This document shows, piece after piece, positions 8,792-18,214 of a stretch of DNA of 40,777 nt. Position 1 is the stretch's first letter. Every line of letters starts with the position of its first letter. The position numbers and the translations under genes were made by a program. The stretch is from Candidatus Sabulitectum sp. (GTDB taxonomy: Bacteria; Fermentibacterota; Fermentibacteria; Fermentibacterales; JCC-6): the NCBI GenBank assembly GCA_029940175.1, contig JAOZRM010000001.1:1-40777 (forward strand). The letters are read 5' to 3'. Under the pieces are notes generated by a model, which was given only the letters and a program-made list of their open reading frames with translations, was not told where the DNA came from and made no database searches.

Positions 8792-8812
8792 ACGTAATTT
8801 TTACAATGTCAA
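8785..8812 (-). promoter_or_regulatory. Consensus sigma70-type promoter of perR
   Basis: Minus strand: TTGACA (8812..8807), 16-nt spacer, TATAAT (8790..8785). Both hexamers are perfect. Confidence 0.55.
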
Positions 8813-8826
8813 GCTCTACAACATAG

Positions 8827-8856
8827 TTGTCATTCATTATGTATCCCGCATATAAT
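8827..8856 (+). promoter_or_regulatory. Candidate promoter of the divergent 8876 gene
   Basis: TTGTCA (8827..8832), 18-nt spacer, TATAAT (8851..8856). It is bracketed by a perfect 10-bp inverted repeat, CTCTACAACA (8814..8823) and TGTTGTAGAG (8857..8866). Confidence 0.45.
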
Positions 8857-8875
8857 TGTTGTAGAGGGAGGAAGC

Positions 8876-9352
8876 ATGGCATGGAGTTACATCAAGGGCA
8901 GGTGGTGGATATTTCTTGTAGCCACTCTTCCCTTTGTAATTCTTGGTGTTGTTTTCATCAGGCTTCATTACACAACATCAGGGCAGCATGAATGGTACAA
9001 TAGCCTGCTGTTACTGGGAATCGTGTTCATTCTGTCACCTCTACTACAGATGTGGTGGACATTAAGAAAAATACACAACGGACAAAAAGCCGAAAAAGAA
9101 CTGATTGCCAGGAGTACAATAGGTCATGCTACAGTCATTGCCATAAAAGAAACCGGTCTTTGTACAAATGATGTTCCTGAAGTAGAGATTCTGTTGGAGG
9201 TGCATTCACATGACAATTCGACTTACCGCGTGACTCTCAGAGAACACGTGAATCTCTCAAACCTTTCAGAGCTTACTACAGGTTCCGGAATTGCCATCAG
9301 AATAGATACACTGGACAACCAAAACATTCTTCTTCACTTCCCCTGCCCCTGA
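8876..9352 (+). CDS. Hypothetical membrane protein (two N-terminal TM helices plus a soluble C-terminal domain)
   Basis: 158 aa with a strong GAGGGAGG RBS. TM helices WWIFLVATLPFVILGVVFI and LLLLGIVFILSPLLQMWW. I recognise no family. Confidence 0.55.
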   Translation: MAWSYIKGRWWIFLVATLPFVILGVVFIRLHYTTSGQHEWYNSLLLLGIVFILSPLLQMWWTLRKIHNGQKAEKELIARSTIGHATVIAIKETGLCTNDVPEVEILLEVHSHDNSTYRVTLREHVNLSNLSELTTGSGIAIRIDTLDNQNILLHFPCP

Positions 9353-9466
9353 CCGATTGGTATTATAGGATACTCGGGGCATCTGTAATAATGAAGTAAA
9401 CAGGCACTATACAGTGGCTCCGCCGGACCGCTTCAGTCTGGCTTCTCATACTATGAAAGAAGTAAA

Positions 9467-10783
9467 ATGAAAATTTCATCTATGTCTCTACTTGCTCTCA
9501 CTTTGCTGGTCTTTTTCAGTAGTTGTTCTTTAGAAAAACAGGACAAGCCGGACATATTCCTGATCATCATAGATACTTTGCGCGCTGATCACCTTGGTTG
9601 CTATGGTTATCAGCGCGACACATCTCCTGTGCTGGACAGTCTGGCACTTGAAGGAACCATGTTTTCCCATTTTCAGGCCCAAGCTCCCTGGACACTTCCC
9701 TCACACGGATCAATATGGACAGGCTTATCTGTAAAAGCTCATATGGCCGGAATGCGGAATATGGTTTCATACGGTCTAGACAGCAGATTAAACAACATTG
9801 CTACCATACTCCGGGAAGAAAACTATGTTACTCTTGGTTTCGTTAATGTAATGCTTATCAGCCATTCTTTCGGGTTTGACAATGGGTTTGATCACTATTC
9901 AGTATTTGATCATGGTCACGGTAGAGCTGGCGCAACTGTTGATGAAGTTCTTGAATGGCTCTCTGAAAACAAAGCAAATCCAAACCCGAAACTGGCAGTG
10001 ATTCATTTATTCGACGTGCACGCCCCCTATGATCCACCGGCACCATATGATACCCGATTTGCTGTGAATGGCGCACAGGGTGAAACAGATTGGATAACAG
10101 ATTCACTTGGTGTTGTCCAAAATCCGGATGCAACCAGTCACCTGATCGACTTGTATGATGGTGAAATTGCATGGGTAGATGCTCAACTGGGTCGGTTATT
10201 CAGTGAACTTCGAGAATCAGGCATCGCTGACAATGCATACATCATTGTAACATCAGATCATGGAGAAGAATTCTTTGAACACGGTAACTGGTCCCACGGA
10301 CATTCATTGTATCAGGAACTTCTTCATGTTCCTCTAATCATTTCAGGCCCTGGAATTACACCGGGAGTAATCGATTCAACTCCCTGTGGGCATTTTGACA
10401 TTTTACCTGTTATTGCCGGATTTGCCGGTGTTCCGGTGCCAGACGGTGTGGAGGGAATTGATCTGTTTAGTCAAAGATCTCCAGACAGACTTATCCCCTC
10501 AAGTGGAGTTATCCCGGGGCATGTCCATTTGCGTGATTCAGAAGAATTCCAATCAATGTGCTCCGTCTTTAACGGCACAGAGAAAGGCATTTTTAACTTC
10601 TATACCATGCGCGAACAGTTTTTTGACCTTGCTGTTGATCCAGGAGAGCAGAACAGGCTTCCATTGAATACCAATTTTCTTCAAGAGCTGGAATACTACT
10701 GGTCTACTCCACCGGTTGGCCATCCGCATGCTGTTGAGGGGACAGGAGTTGAGGATGACCTAAGCGATCTGGGGTACATCTAA
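9467..10783 (+). CDS. Sulfatase-like hydrolase/transferase (alkaline-phosphatase superfamily) lipoprotein
   Basis: Lipobox LVFFSSC. IIIDTLRADHLGCYGY metal-binding N-terminus, APWTLPSHGSIWTG nucleophile region (Thr where FGly-type sulfatases have C/S-x-P-x-R), and a later TSDHGEEF motif. Confidence 0.8.
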   Translation: MKISSMSLLALTLLVFFSSCSLEKQDKPDIFLIIIDTLRADHLGCYGYQRDTSPVLDSLALEGTMFSHFQAQAPWTLPSHGSIWTGLSVKAHMAGMRNMVSYGLDSRLNNIATILREENYVTLGFVNVMLISHSFGFDNGFDHYSVFDHGHGRAGATVDEVLEWLSENKANPNPKLAVIHLFDVHAPYDPPAPYDTRFAVNGAQGETDWITDSLGVVQNPDATSHLIDLYDGEIAWVDAQLGRLFSELRESGIADNAYIIVTSDHGEEFFEHGNWSHGHSLYQELLHVPLIISGPGITPGVIDSTPCGHFDILPVIAGFAGVPVPDGVEGIDLFSQRSPDRLIPSSGVIPGHVHLRDSEEFQSMCSVFNGTEKGIFNFYTMREQFFDLAVDPGEQNRLPLNTNFLQELEYYWSTPPVGHPHAVEGTGVEDDLSDLGYI

Positions 10784-10963
10784 CCTGTAGACACCACTTG
10801 AATGATAAGTTCCTCTGTCCTGGGGAAAGAGCACATGATCCACCTTGGATTGCAGTACCTTGCATGTTGTATCGACACAATCACAAATAGGTAAAATTGC
10901 TAAGGAAAAGCAGCAAAAATCAGTAGACTGGAAAGAAAATTGTTTTTCAATCATATTGCGGTC

Positions 10964-11725
10964 ATGAAAAACATGGAATCTATGAAAAACGATATCTGCG
11001 AGATCGCCTCCCATCTGTCACTGATGGGATGGTCCGAGGCGAATGCAGGGAACATTTCTGTTCTTTTACCGAGAGATGAGAAATTTGATGTGGGTGAAAA
11101 CCCAAGCTCATACCATTTTCCAGAACCGGTGAGAACCCTTGCTGGAAGAACCCTGCTTGTAACAGCATCAGGCAGCCGCTTTCGAAGGATGAAACGCGAC
11201 GTGAACACACAGATTGTACCTGTTACCATCACAGAATTTGGAACCGCGGCATTATGGCCTTCCCAATTTCCAAGTCCAACCAGCGAAATTGGAACTCACA
11301 TACAGGTACATTCCCTTACCCCGGACATCGGCTGGAAAACTTCGGCCATAGTGCACACTCATTCAACAAAGATGCTTGCACTGTCCTCCAGCGATCTCCC
11401 GGGAGAAATGCTTCAGGACGCCGTGGAAAGAGCCCACCCTGAAATTTCAATTCTTATGAGGAAGGGGTTAGCTTTTCTAGACTTTGCGCCTCCTGGAACC
11501 TGGGAACTTGGCACAAGAACCAGAGATGAATTCAAACATGCTAATGCTGTGATCTGGCGAAAACATGGGATACTGGGATTTGCAAAGGACATAGAAATGG
11601 CATGCGATTATGTGGAAATGACTGAAAAAGCCGCAGAGATTCTTCTTCTTGAGCAAAGTGCCTTTGGTAATTTTCTTGGGTTAAAGGACAAGGAACTGGA
11701 AAATCTACAAGAGGAATTGAGGTAG
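10964..11725 (+). CDS. Class II aldolase/adducin-family protein, rhamnulose-1-phosphate-aldolase-like
   Basis: GWSEANAGNISVLL, VTASGSRFRRM, PTSEIGTHIQVH and IVHTHSTKMLAL parallel the RhaD motifs GW.ERNGGN, VTGSGKFFRN, PTSE..H and H.H.T. Start chosen at the ATG at 10964 rather than the TTG at 10940. Confidence 0.7.
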   Translation: MKNMESMKNDICEIASHLSLMGWSEANAGNISVLLPRDEKFDVGENPSSYHFPEPVRTLAGRTLLVTASGSRFRRMKRDVNTQIVPVTITEFGTAALWPSQFPSPTSEIGTHIQVHSLTPDIGWKTSAIVHTHSTKMLALSSSDLPGEMLQDAVERAHPEISILMRKGLAFLDFAPPGTWELGTRTRDEFKHANAVIWRKHGILGFAKDIEMACDYVEMTEKAAEILLLEQSAFGNFLGLKDKELENLQEELR

Positions 11726-11800
11726 GGCAACCAGTAAGTAGAGTATTAATAGTATATTGTTTGTAGTGTAAATATGGATGCTAATCTGAAGGGGTATGGA

Positions 11801-12589
11801 ATGAAGAAACTGATCGCCACAGGTCTTCTGGTTGTGATTGCAGTTTTCTCCGCTTGTGGAGACTCTGCTACTGAGATAAGAGGTACGCTGCCGGTAGTTA
11901 CCGGAATTTCTATTGACTCAATTGCAAGCAAGGGTGACACGATTGTAGTTTCCTGGACTGCCCTGGATACCACTCTGGTGGACGGGTATTTCCTGTGGAC
12001 AAGACCAAATATTGAAGGTACGTGGGCTCTGGCGGCTGTGTGCAACGAAAATGCAGGATCTCACATTGCTTTCAAATCCGCTTATTACACGGTTATGGCT
12101 TTCAAAGGAATAGACTCCTCATCTGATATCGGCTTGTCAGTAAACACAAAAACTCAGAGTGTTTCTGAGATCAGACAACTGTTTGAGTTGAGACCTGTAG
12201 GTTTCCGTGTAGATATGGAAGGCGATTCGCTTATTGCAGGTGACCCTGCTTCTGTCGATTTCGCACAGCAGTTCGTTGTTGCAATAAACCTTGCCGGCGA
12301 AAGACAGATTTTTCCCGGTAACTCTCGCCCTTTTGTGTGGCCTAGTGGAGCAAGAACCAGAATCTCATCAATGGGTGGATTTGTTGCTCCCGCACCCGAG
12401 GACTCTGTTAACTGGCGTGACAGCATCTCCTACGGAGGAAATTTCTTCCTTGCCCTTGATAGCGGACACTACTGCATGCTGAAGGGTACAAGCACAATAC
12501 CTGACACGACAACCATGACAGATACACTTGTTGTAAAAGGACAGATTCAGCCGCTCATGGGCATACGGGTATTTAACGAACTTATCTAA
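11801..12589 (+). CDS. Hypothetical lipoprotein
   Basis: MKKLIATGLLVVIAVFSAC lipoprotein signal. I recognise no family. Confidence 0.6.
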   Translation: MKKLIATGLLVVIAVFSACGDSATEIRGTLPVVTGISIDSIASKGDTIVVSWTALDTTLVDGYFLWTRPNIEGTWALAAVCNENAGSHIAFKSAYYTVMAFKGIDSSSDIGLSVNTKTQSVSEIRQLFELRPVGFRVDMEGDSLIAGDPASVDFAQQFVVAINLAGERQIFPGNSRPFVWPSGARTRISSMGGFVAPAPEDSVNWRDSISYGGNFFLALDSGHYCMLKGTSTIPDTTTMTDTLVVKGQIQPLMGIRVFNELI

Positions 12590-12611
12590 ACGGTAATAAT
12601 CATGTGAGTGG

Positions 12612-12647
12612 GGGGGAGAGTCGCAAAACTCTCCCCCTTCTTTTTGC
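12612..12647 (+). terminator. Rho-independent terminator
   Basis: Stem GGGGGAGAGT (12612..12621) pairs with ACTCTCCCCC (12628..12637), 6-nt loop, followed by TTCTTTTT. Confidence 0.75.
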
Positions 12648-12652
12648 TATTG

Positions 12653-13996
12653 CTATGGAGTAAGCCTCTTGATATCTCTTGGGAACATGGTGGTAAGACG
12701 GATATTATCCACACCCAGAAGCCTTGCTGTCACTCTTTCAAGACCGATTGCAAGCCCGCCGTGAGGTGGTAAACCATACTTGTGTGCCTGAAGATAGCTT
12801 TCAAAATCGTCAGGGTTCAAATCCATTGCAGCCATCTTATCTATCTGTTCCTGATAATCATTGATCCTCTGGCCACCAGTGGTGATCTCCAGGCCTCTGA
12901 ACAAAAGGTCAAAACTTAGGGTAGTCCCTGGATTTTCAGGGTCATCCTTTGTGTAGAAGGGTCTTTTTTCAGTTGGGAAATGGGTGACGAACACAAAATC
13001 ACAGTTCCAGTTCTTCGCAGAGTAGGTACACAGTGCCCTTTCCTCCTCCGGCTCAAGGTCAGGCTCGTCAGAGTAGTCTTTCCCTGTGATCTCTCCGGCA
13101 ATTTTGTGGGCTTCTGCAAGAGTAACTACGGGAATATCATCCTCAATAACAGGAATATCCGCATCGAGAAGTGCAAGCTCCGGTGCGCAGGTTTCCTGCA
13201 GGTAGTTGAGACAGTACTTGAGTAAAGCAGTTTCCATTTGCATTACATCTGTATGGTCTTTCACAAAACCCATCTCAAAATCCAGAGAGGTATATTCATT
13301 GATATGGCGACTGGTTTGATGAGGCTCTGCCCTGAACACTGGACCAACCTCGAAGACCCTCTCATAAATACCCACACCCATCTGCTTGTAAAACTGAGGA
13401 GATTGTGCAAGATAGGCAGGTCTACCGAAGTAGTCCACAGTGAAAATATTGGCTCCACCCTCCGCTCCGGCAACACCGATCTTCGGGGTGCGTATCTCTG
13501 TAAATCCATGTTCACGAAGAAAATCTGCGAAAGCTCTTGCAAATGCTTCTGAAATCTTAAGCCTGGCTCTCTCTACAGGATGACGGAGGCTCAGTGGTCT
13601 GAGATCAAGATTTGTATCAATGTGAAGGTCCAGAATCTTCTTTGAAAGATCAACAGGTGGATGCTCCGCAGGAATTGATACTATCTCAACTTCTTCAACC
13701 TGAATTTCGATACTGTTCGGATTTATGGATTTGTCTTTGATCTTTGCGTTCTTCACAACCCCGGTGATTCGAACTGACTGCTCCTCTGCCAGCCCATCTA
13801 TCAACTCCTCATTTCCATCACGGCCAATTACACACTGAAGCAGACCGTCATGGCGACGTATGACTATAAAGGCACCCCATCCAAGTCTGCGGATTCTCTG
13901 GATCATGCCGTGAACGGTGACATTCTGTCCATCCATCCCGGTCAACTCTGCTGCACTGAGCAGTTTCTGATCAGTAGCGGTGGATACTCTGTACAT
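12653..13996 (-). CDS. aspS: Aspartate--tRNA ligase, archaeal/eukaryotic (type 2) form
   Basis: About 447 aa. OB-fold N-terminus, class-II core with LAQSPQFYKQ, FEVGPVFRAE and GGLAIGLERV. The ATG at 13996 overlaps the upstream TGA (TGATG). Confidence 0.9.
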   Translation of the reverse strand: MYRVSTATDQKLLSAAELTGMDGQNVTVHGMIQRIRRLGWGAFIVIRRHDGLLQCVIGRDGNEELIDGLAEEQSVRITGVVKNAKIKDKSINPNSIEIQVEEVEIVSIPAEHPPVDLSKKILDLHIDTNLDLRPLSLRHPVERARLKISEAFARAFADFLREHGFTEIRTPKIGVAGAEGGANIFTVDYFGRPAYLAQSPQFYKQMGVGIYERVFEVGPVFRAEPHQTSRHINEYTSLDFEMGFVKDHTDVMQMETALLKYCLNYLQETCAPELALLDADIPVIEDDIPVVTLAEAHKIAGEITGKDYSDEPDLEPEEERALCTYSAKNWNCDFVFVTHFPTEKRPFYTKDDPENPGTTLSFDLLFRGLEITTGGQRINDYQEQIDKMAAMDLNPDDFESYLQAHKYGLPPHGGLAIGLERVTARLLGVDNIRLTTMFPRDIKRLTP

Positions 13997-14355
13997 CAAT
14001 CATCTCCTGTATTCTCCCCGGCTGACCTCAGCAGACGATTAGGCGTGCCTGCGAAATGAGCCTGGGCTTTTTTCATTGCCTTTTCAATTGCTTCCAGCCG
14101 GAGGAATATACCAGAAGGGATGCGTTCCACCTTAATCATTCTGTAGCGAAGCAGTTTCAAATCACAGAGTAATTTGAGAGTAGAGGGCTGATAATGAGTA
14201 CGGGAACGTTCACGAAAAAGCCATAATGCTTTTCGGTTTTCCAATAGGGCTGCCTCTTTTTCTAACTGAAATGATTTTTTTAGACGATCGAGAAATCTCT
14301 CCATTAATCGGAGTTCTCCCTCAACTTCAGCTACTGTTCTTAGATTTCCACTCAT
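13996..14355 (-). CDS. Hypothetical coiled-coil-like protein
   Basis: 119-aa ORF rich in charged residues and Leu. Its stop overlaps the aspS start. I see no homology. Confidence 0.4.
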   Translation of the reverse strand: MSGNLRTVAEVEGELRLMERFLDRLKKSFQLEKEAALLENRKALWLFRERSRTHYQPSTLKLLCDLKLLRYRMIKVERIPSGIFLRLEAIEKAMKKAQAHFAGTPNRLLRSAGENTGDD

Positions 14356-14440
14356 CCTGAATTTGCCTTATATTCTGCCATTAAATTATCAGAAACACTA
14401 TGTCATTGTAAAGATAGCAAATAACCCCCGAGGAGGGAAG

Positions 14441-15514
14441 ATGAGGATTCTCGCAGTAAATCCAGGCTCAACATCAACAAAGATTTCAGTTTTTGAGGAT
14501 GAAAAGGAAGTATGGGACCTTAAATTGTCTCACTCTCCCGAAGAGTTATCTCCTTTTGGACCCAATATATTTGAGCAGTACGGGTTCAGACGTGATGTGA
14601 TTGTTGCAGCCTTGCAGGAAGCAGACTATCCGATAGAAAGTTTTAACGGAATAGTTGGAAGGGGTGGATTAGTAAAGCCCATTCCTGGTGGTACATACCA
14701 GGTTGACCAAAACCTTCTCAAGGATCTCGAGATCGGAATTCTCGGGCAGCATGCATCCAATCTTGGCGGACCAATAGCCGCCGAACTGGCGTTAACGGCG
14801 AACTGCCCTGCATACATTGTAGACCCTGTGGTGGTGGATGAAATGGAGCCCATAGCAAAGTTTACTGGAAATCCCCTTCTTTCCCGAAGAAGTATTTTTC
14901 ATGCCTTGAATCAGAAAGCAGTTGCCAGAAAGGCAGCAGACCAACTCCATAAGAAATACGAGGAATGCAATTTCATCGTTATACATCTCGGTGGAGGGAT
15001 AAGCGTTGGAGCCCACAGAAAAGGCAAGGTTGTTGACGTAAACAACGCTTTGGACGGAGATGGTCCTTTCACTCCGGAAAGATCAGGTGGATTACCTGTA
15101 GGTGATCTTGCAAAACTCTGTTATTCAGGTGATTACGCCCTTGACGACATTAAGAGAATGATCAAAGGTCATGGTGGTATAGTGGCATACCTGGGAACAA
15201 ATGACATGATGAAAGTAGAAGACGAAGTTGAAGCTGGAAATCTGGAATGGTTGAAGGTTTACCAGGCAATGGCATATCAGATCGCCAAGGAAACCGGAGC
15301 AATGGCTGCTGTACTCCATGGGAAGATTGATGCGATTGTTGTTTCCGGCGGAATTGCCTATGACAAAAAATTCATAGGCTGGCTGAAAGAAATGATTGAG
15401 TTCATAGCACCTGTAGTTGTTTACCCCGGTGAGATGGAAATGGAAGCACTTGCCCTGGGAGCATTCCGAGTTCTGACAAAACAGGAAAAACCGAAAATTT
15501 ACAATCCCGAATAG
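14441..15514 (+). CDS. buk: Butyrate kinase
   Basis: [21 protein letters not shown] start with GAGGAGGG RBS. ASKHA-fold motifs ([17 protein letters not shown]). The length of about 357 aa is typical. Confidence 0.9.
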   Translation: MRILAVNPGSTSTKISVFEDEKEVWDLKLSHSPEELSPFGPNIFEQYGFRRDVIVAALQEADYPIESFNGIVGRGGLVKPIPGGTYQVDQNLLKDLEIGILGQHASNLGGPIAAELALTANCPAYIVDPVVVDEMEPIAKFTGNPLLSRRSIFHALNQKAVARKAADQLHKKYEECNFIVIHLGGGISVGAHRKGKVVDVNNALDGDGPFTPERSGGLPVGDLAKLCYSGDYALDDIKRMIKGHGGIVAYLGTNDMMKVEDEVEAGNLEWLKVYQAMAYQIAKETGAMAAVLHGKIDAIVVSGGIAYDKKFIGWLKEMIEFIAPVVVYPGEMEMEALALGAFRVLTKQEKPKIYNPE

Positions 15515-15533
15515 AGATCCGGAGGCAATCATA

Positions 15534-17195
15534 ATGAGCGACAAGTTTAATAAGGCAAAAGAGGCATGGGAGAACACAACTCTCGCCAAGGTTCTTGGGC
15601 GATTCCCTGAGCGAAAAGAACATTTCTTAACAGGCTCAGGCAACAACGTTGAAAGAGTATACTTTCCTGAAGAGCCAGAAGAAAAGTACCTTAAGGAATC
15701 TGGTTTCCCGGGAGAATATCCCTACACCAGAGGTGTTCAACCAACTATGTACAGGGGAAGGCTCTGGACAATGCGCCAGTATGCCGGGTTTGGCAGTGCA
15801 GTAGAGTCAAACAACAGATACAGGTACCTTCTTGATGCCGGGCAGACTGGTCTTTCGGTAGCCTTTGATCTGCCTACACAGATAGGATACGATTCGGATC
15901 ATCCTCTCTGTGCCGGAGAAGTGGGCAAAGTGGGTGTGGCCATTGACAGTCTTTCTGACATGGAACTTCTTTTTAAGGACATCCCACTGGACAAGGTCTC
16001 CACATCAATGACCATCAATGCTCCTGCTGCAGTTCTTCTCGCCATGTATATTGCTGTGGCGGAAAAGCAGGGAGTTTCAAGTGATAAGCTCCGTGGAACA
16101 ATTCAGAATGACATCCTCAAGGAATACATGGCCAGGGGAACCTACATATTCCCTCCGGGACACTCCATGAGGTTGATAACTGACATTTTCGGGTTCTGCA
16201 GGGAAAGTGTTCCAAAATGGAACACAATCTCCATCAGTGGTTACCACATCAGAGAAGCAGGCAGTACAGCCGCACAGGAAGTTGGCTTCACCATAGCCGA
16301 TGGCATTGCCTATGTGGAAGCCGCCACCAAAGCAGGATTGAATGTAGATGATTTTGCTCCAAGGTTAAGCTTCTTCTTCAACGCCCATAATGATCTTTTC
16401 GAGGAAATTGCCAAGTACCGGGCAGCAAGAAGAGTCTGGGCAAGAGTGATGAAAGACAGATTTAACGCAACAAACCCGAAGAGCCTCATGCTGAGATTCC
16501 ACACCCAGACAGGCGGATCAACCCTTACAGCACAGCAACCGGACAACAACATCGTAAGAGTTGCTATTCAAACTCTTGCAGCAGTAATGGGAGGAACTCA
16601 GAGTCTCCACACTAACAGTCGTGACGAAGCTCTGGCCCTGCCCACACAGCATGCAGTAACCATCGCTCTCCGAACTCAGCAGATCGTCGCCCATGAAAGC
16701 GGTGTTACAAATACCATTGACCCCCTTGCCGGCAGCTATTTTGTGGAAAATCTCACTGACCGGATAGAGGAAGATGCAATGAACTACATTACCAACATCG
16801 ACAGCATGGGTGGAATGGTCAAATCCATTGAAGAAGGCTATCCTCAGCGTCAGATACAGGACGCGGCATACGACTACCAGAAAAGCATTGAATCAGGAGA
16901 AAGAATTGTTGTGGGTGTTAATAAATTCCAACAGGAGGAGCCTCCTCCCACTGGCCTCCTGAGAGTTAACCCGGCAGTGGAAACTGCCCAGAGAGATAAA
17001 CTGAGCGCAGACAAGAGCGGGAGAGACCACATAAAAGTAAATGAAACTCTGGCTACCTTGAGAAAAGTCTCCAGGACTTCAGACAACCTTATGCCGGCAA
17101 TTCTTGAATGTGTAAGATGCTACGGTACACTGGGTGAAATTTGTGGAGTACTCAGAGAGGAATTCGGGGAGTACCAGCCCAAAACTGTTGTGTAG
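15534..17195 (+). CDS. Methylmalonyl-CoA mutase, large (catalytic TIM-barrel) subunit without a B12-binding domain
   Basis: 553 aa. [23 protein letters not shown] and [21 protein letters not shown] retain the Tyr/Arg pair that marks methylmalonyl- rather than isobutyryl-CoA mutases. No C-terminal DxHxxG cobalamin domain. Confidence 0.88.
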   Translation: MSDKFNKAKEAWENTTLAKVLGRFPERKEHFLTGSGNNVERVYFPEEPEEKYLKESGFPGEYPYTRGVQPTMYRGRLWTMRQYAGFGSAVESNNRYRYLLDAGQTGLSVAFDLPTQIGYDSDHPLCAGEVGKVGVAIDSLSDMELLFKDIPLDKVSTSMTINAPAAVLLAMYIAVAEKQGVSSDKLRGTIQNDILKEYMARGTYIFPPGHSMRLITDIFGFCRESVPKWNTISISGYHIREAGSTAAQEVGFTIADGIAYVEAATKAGLNVDDFAPRLSFFFNAHNDLFEEIAKYRAARRVWARVMKDRFNATNPKSLMLRFHTQTGGSTLTAQQPDNNIVRVAIQTLAAVMGGTQSLHTNSRDEALALPTQHAVTIALRTQQIVAHESGVTNTIDPLAGSYFVENLTDRIEEDAMNYITNIDSMGGMVKSIEEGYPQRQIQDAAYDYQKSIESGERIVVGVNKFQQEEPPPTGLLRVNPAVETAQRDKLSADKSGRDHIKVNETLATLRKVSRTSDNLMPAILECVRCYGTLGEICGVLREEFGEYQPKTVV

Positions 17196-17225
17196 CTTTC
17201 ACTACTCTTTTTGTAGGTAATTGCA

Positions 17226-17258
17226 GGGGATGGATTGAATCTGGTTCAATCCATCCCC
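17226..17258 (+). terminator. Strong hairpin downstream of the mutase gene (terminator-like, weak T tail)
   Basis: Perfect 14-bp stem, GGGGATGGATTGAA paired with TTCAATCCATCCCC, 5-nt loop. Only TT follows. Confidence 0.5.
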
Positions 17259-17287
17259 TTGACACAATAACCTTTCCGGATTATTCT
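17259..17287 (+). promoter_or_regulatory. Candidate promoter of the 17334 gene
   Basis: TTGACA (17259..17264), 17-nt spacer, TATTCT (17282..17287). Confidence 0.4.
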
Positions 17288-17333
17288 TTCCAGGGTGTCT
17301 CCAATTATTAATTTCTATGGAAGGATGACGAAG

Positions 17334-18164
17334 ATGAAGATTTTTGTTCTTGTTTTGATGGTAGTAGCAGTTGCTTTTGCAGCAATGGATTCTGCTCCAA
17401 ATACAGCTGTTCCTCAGTCCGGAACGGACACATGGCTGGAAGAGATCGCCTATTTCGATGTAGAAGCAGCGGGTATTCCCACTGCGTATACAGTAGGATG
17501 CGGCTGGGATGGTGTTAATTTCTGGATTACAAACGGAGCAGGCCAGGGTGGTGCACCAACAGGAATGTTCTACCTTTTTAGTCATGATGGTATTCTCCTC
17601 GACAGTTTTCCACAGGTTGAAGCGCCAGGCTGGGGTCTTCGCGATCTCTGCTGTGACGGTACTTACATGTTCGGCAGTGTAACTTCTAATATCGATTACT
17701 ACGACATCACTACATACACTAAGGTTGGAAGTTTCGTAGGTGCTTTAAACCCGAACCGTGCTCTTGCTTACGACGGTACATACTTCTACACCAGTTCTTT
17801 CTCCACTGATGTATTGCAGCTTACCTGGGATGGTGTCAGCGGATCAACAGCCACCAGTACTACCTGGTCAACAAATGCCACCAGTGCTTACGGCGCAGCA
17901 TGGGATACTCTGGGTGACTGCCTCTGGGTAACAAGTGCTAATGGTACCGGTACTGTTGATCAGATTGCTTCAGACGGTTCTCTGATTGATCATCATATCC
18001 TTATGCCAGGTGCAACAATGGGTGGAGCCACAATGGCTCTTGTAGCTCCAATTAATGAGCTTTACATCCTCGAGCAGGGCTCCCCTGACGGTATGCACGG
18101 CTACGATGTAAACCCAACTGCGCTTGAGCGCGAAACCTGGGGTTCAATTAAGAGCTTGTTCTAA
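17334..18164 (+). CDS. Secreted hypothetical repeat protein (beta-propeller-like)
   Basis: Signal peptide MKIFVLVLMVVAVAFAA. Recurrent blade-like units are GCGWDGVNFWIT, LCCDGTYMFGS, LAYDGTYFYTS and AAWDTLGDCLWVTS. It ends ...ERETWGSIKSLF. Confidence 0.6.
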   Translation: MKIFVLVLMVVAVAFAAMDSAPNTAVPQSGTDTWLEEIAYFDVEAAGIPTAYTVGCGWDGVNFWITNGAGQGGAPTGMFYLFSHDGILLDSFPQVEAPGWGLRDLCCDGTYMFGSVTSNIDYYDITTYTKVGSFVGALNPNRALAYDGTYFYTSSFSTDVLQLTWDGVSGSTATSTTWSTNATSAYGAAWDTLGDCLWVTSANGTGTVDQIASDGSLIDHHILMPGATMGGATMALVAPINELYILEQGSPDGMHGYDVNPTALERETWGSIKSLF

Positions 18165-18186
18165 ACAAATTTAGACAGCTTATCAG

Positions 18187-18214
18187 AGGAGGCTCCATTC
18201 GGAGCCTCCTTTTT
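18187..18214 (+). terminator. Rho-independent terminator
   Basis: AGGAGGCTCC-ATTC-GGAGCCTCCT followed by TTTT. Confidence 0.8.

Noticed and set aside
15125-15646. 173-aa minus-strand ORF spanning the buk/mutase junction
   Set aside because: It is antisense to two strongly homologous genes and its product has no recognisable features. It is a shadow ORF.
15534-17195. Isobutyryl-CoA mutase (because of the adjacent butyrate kinase)
   Set aside because: The substrate-determining Tyr (PTMY) and Arg (MARGTY) of methylmalonyl-CoA mutases are retained. ICM has Phe and Gln at these positions.
17226-17258. GGTTCAATCC reminiscent of a tRNA T-arm
   Set aside because: It is one arm of a perfect 14-bp hairpin with a 5-nt loop. 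There is no acceptor, D or anticodon arm around it, so it is not a tRNA.
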